A stretch of DNA of 54,081 nucleotides, counting the filler, from Sphacelaria rigidula (lineage: Eukaryota): the NCBI GenBank assembly GCA_964200075.2. It is 5 parts of 5 records of this genome, joined end to end, with 100 filler letters (N's around TTAATTAATTAA, not from the genome) between each part and the next. Parts side by side here need not be neighbours in the genome. Positions count along the whole stretch, not along the records: positions 43,347 to 54,081 come from CAXNAA020006009.1; 4 more parts are not named here. One strand, 5' to 3'. The translations under genes were made by a program, and so were the position numbers. Below are positions 51,169 to 54,081 of the stretch, piece by piece. The notes beneath the pieces were generated by a model, which worked only from the letters and a program-made list of their open reading frames with translations, made no database searches and was not told the DNA's origin. Each line of letters opens with the position of its first letter. The stretch's first letter is position 1.

Positions 51169-51909
51169 AGCTCGACTGGTTATAGATGTCATGACCATGC
51201 CATGTCATGTCATCCCCCTCGTCCCCTCACCTTTTATCTCTCCTCCGATTCGAATCTCTCCCCGCATTGCCCAATGAGTTTGACATTTTGTGAGCTGTCT
51301 GACATGAAGTTTCCCATCCACTAGTGGACACCACTCGAAGGTCGTGCCTCGCAGCTCTGACGTGGTTTGGAATTAGACGTTGGCTGAACGGAGTTGTCGC
51401 CATATCTGCGACTAACGATCGAGCTACCGGCGCATCTTCTCCTGGTCTTCTCCGCTCGTTACGTCAGCGCTTGACCCAGGAGTAGGCGCTGCGCCGATGA
51501 AATCGAGCATCGGCAACAGCACACTATCAACAGAGCGGCTCACAAGCACCCCTACGCGCTGCGGCACGCCATGTCATGTCCGACTAATTCACGCCCGCTC
51601 GCAGTGGTACCGGCACCAGAGGAAAAGACGGATGCGGAACTTCCTCGATCGACGTCCTCCATATTATCTCTTTGATCGAGGAAGTTCCGCATCCGTGTTC
51701 TCCTCTGCTGCTGGTGCCACCGCCAGCGGGCGTTTATTAGTCAGACATGTCATGACATGCTTTAGGGCGTACGACTGCATGTGAACCTCTGCGTTGCCAG
51801 TGTGGCAGTGCCGATGTTCGATTTTCATCGGCGGAGTGCCGACCAATGGGTCACGTACTGACGTAACGAGCGGCAGAGACCAGGAGAAACCTCGCACGGA
51901 GAAACACCC
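51169..51909. repeat. Palindromic tandem unit A (right arm truncated)
   Basis: Arms 51437-51650/51673-51888, e.g. ACGGATGCGGAACTTCCTCGATC with GATCGAGGAAGTTCCGCATCCGT. The left part is repeated at 51910 onward. Confidence 0.85.
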
Positions 51910-52822
51910 AGCTCGACTGGTTAGATGTCATGACCATGTCATGTCACCCCCCTCCCCCCTCATCTTTTATCTCTCCTCCGGTTCGAAATTGTTCCCGTAT
52001 TTCCCAATGAGTTTGACATTTTGTGAGCTGCCTGACATGAAGTTTCCCATCCACTAGTGGACACCACTCGAAGGTCGTGCCTCGCAGCTCTGACGTGGTT
52101 TGGAATTAGACGTTGGCTGAACGGAGTTGTCACCATATCTGCGACCAACGGTCGAGCTACCGGCGTGGCTTGCCCTGGTCTTCTCCGCTCGTCACGTCAG
52201 CGCTTGACCCAGGAGTAGGCGCTGCGCAGATGAAATCGAGCATCGGCACCAGCATACTGATAATGGAGAGCTTCACAAGCAGCCCTGCGCACTGCGGCAC
52301 CACATGTCCGACGAGTACACGCCCGATCGCAGTTGTGGTAGTACCAGAGGAAAAGACGGATGCTGAACTTCCTCGATCAACGTCCTTTCTCTTTGATCGA
52401 GAAAGTTCCGCATCCGTGTTCTCATTTGGTGCTACCACCACCGCGTTCGGGCGTGTACTCGTCGGACATATGGTGCTGCAGCGCGTAGGACTGTTTGTGA
52501 GCCGTCCTGTCGGTAGTACGCTGGTGTCGATTCTCAATTCTCATCGGCAGAGCGCCGATTCATGGGCCATGCACAAAGGTAACGAGAGGAAGAGATCAGG
52601 AAAAAGCAGACCGGCAGTTCGACGGTTACTCACAAAAATGTCGACAACTCCGTTCAGCGAACGTCTGATACCGAACTACGTCAGAGCTGCAAGGCACAGT
52701 TAGTAAGTGGTGTGCACTTGTAGATGACAATTTTCATGTCAGATAGCTCAGACAATATCCAGTCCATGAGGCAATACGGGAACAAATTTGAAGTGAAGAA
52801 GAGATTGGAGGTGAGCGGGGGC
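51910..52822. repeat. Palindromic tandem unit B (~870-bp foldback)
   Basis: Centre near 52386. Pairing extends out to AATTGTTCCCGTATT/AATACGGGAACAAAT. Confidence 0.85.
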
Positions 52823-53160
52823 GCGTACTTATTTGTTGCTTGCCTTAGTCGGTTGACCATTGACAACGCGTCCCTTTCGAGACGGAGCACCGTTCCTACT
52901 CCTAATAGAGACACCTTCAACATCCCGGCGCTCATCACGTTTCTTCCATACATTGCACAAAAACCTTTTACATATCTTATCCCCGTCCTGTTTCGCCGTC
53001 TCTGGCCACAATCTATCTCCTAGTATAGCCATCGTTTTTCTCCCTACTGTCTAATGCATCAAACAATTTCATGCCACCTTCGTTCACGTCCCGCATTTCC
53101 CGCACTAGCACGTCCTGCTCTTCCTTGTATAGTTCACATTCTGCCACTACATGACTTCTG
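52815..53160 (-). mobile_element. LINE 3' end (subfamily A), ORF2 C-terminus
   Basis: Reads ECELYKEEQDVL...AILGDRLWPETAKQDGDKICKRFLCNVWKKR...NGAPSRKGRVVNGQPTKASNK* followed by a C-tract. Confidence 0.8.
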
Positions 53161-53199
53161 CTCTCTGTTCCTTTTGGGACCGGACCCCCACCAAGACAG

Positions 53200-53517
53200 G
53201 GTTGACCCTGTGTTGGTGAAATAATGAAAAATATGTCTTCGAGCCACCTGCCCTATCACGGCGAGGCGAAATTTATCGACCAGACCCGAACGACTAGCGC
53301 GGGGATTGTTGGCGAGTGTGATGCCACTGCAAAGATCGTGTTGGGGCCCTATCCCTGGCCCAGATAAGTCTTCCCAGATTTCCAAGTACAGGGTGGTCGC
53401 AGCTTGGTTTTATGGCATTACTTGCACTCAGTACAGCATTCCCGAGTTTTCCGGAGGGTTTTTTGGGTCCCAATTCTATACTAAAACGTGGTAATTTACA
53501 CCAACACAGGGTCGACC
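53200..53517. mobile_element. Small TIR element/MITE
   Basis: GGTTGACCCTGTGTTGGTG ... CACCAACACAGGGTCGACC. Confidence 0.6.
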
Positions 53518-54081
53518 GGAAAAAACAGGGAAGGAGCGTACATGCTATACTGTGGTCATTTTTACGAGGCACTAAAACCAGGTGGGCCATGGAAAGACAA
53601 AAGGAGCTACTCGTACCGTAATTAATTCTGCCTATCCCTCTGCCGATGACTTGCAGTGTGCATTCCACATGCATGTAGTGGACGGGGATGAAGGAGCTGT
53701 ATATAGGCAGTTGATTTCTGTAGCTGAGAATTGCCCAGAACGTGCAAGGGAGTATGCAGTGGCAGCTGCTGCTTCAGTCGGACAGGCGTACTACAGTGTA
53801 CTGTACTATACTGCTGTATGTATTCGCACCGCAACGCTGATACGCTTCGAAGATACTGTGCCGCATGCAACATAGGGGGGAAAGGGCAGCCCACCCCGAC
53901 CACAAAGGGCTGTGCGGCAAGGTGATGGGGACAAAAGTATGATCCAAAGCCACAAGTGGCGGGCGGCCCGCCGGTCGCCACATCCTGTTAGAAGCTCTTT
54001 ACCGCGACCCACACTGCTTACTACATCAGATGTACACCACCTAATGCGCACCCTGCACCTGAAGATAGATAGGATGAAACT

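Overview
This is eukaryotic, repeat-rich DNA, most likely from a brown alga (Phaeophyceae). That assignment is inferred from the style of the LINE proteins and the intron boundaries, not from a database search. The window is not one locus. It is five contigs of about 10.74 kb each, ordered by decreasing length and joined by identical 100-nt N44-TTAATTAATTAA-N44 linkers. Content is mostly decayed mobile DNA: RTE and L2/CR1-group LINE fragments, two tRNA-derived SINE families, several MITEs, a probable LTR/gag end and microsatellites. One convincing host gene end is present (two phase-compatible exons, 21871-23016 and 24425-24669). The standout is contig 4, which carries three tandem copies of a unit built around a ~0.75-kb palindrome. 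Both arms are the catalytic-core exon of a Sola1-like/DUF7869-type transposase (LQIDNCxGENKN...LVGRG...FMMVGHTH...DQV), and a tRNA-SINE with A/B boxes is inserted at the outer end of the left arm, pointing into the hairpin. This architecture resembles a 'Mu killer'-type hairpin silencer. The arms show within-copy co-variation and reciprocal patch swaps. A second tandem palindrome family (51169-52822) shows the same arm co-variation. LINE 3' ends here terminate in C-rich tracts rather than poly(A).
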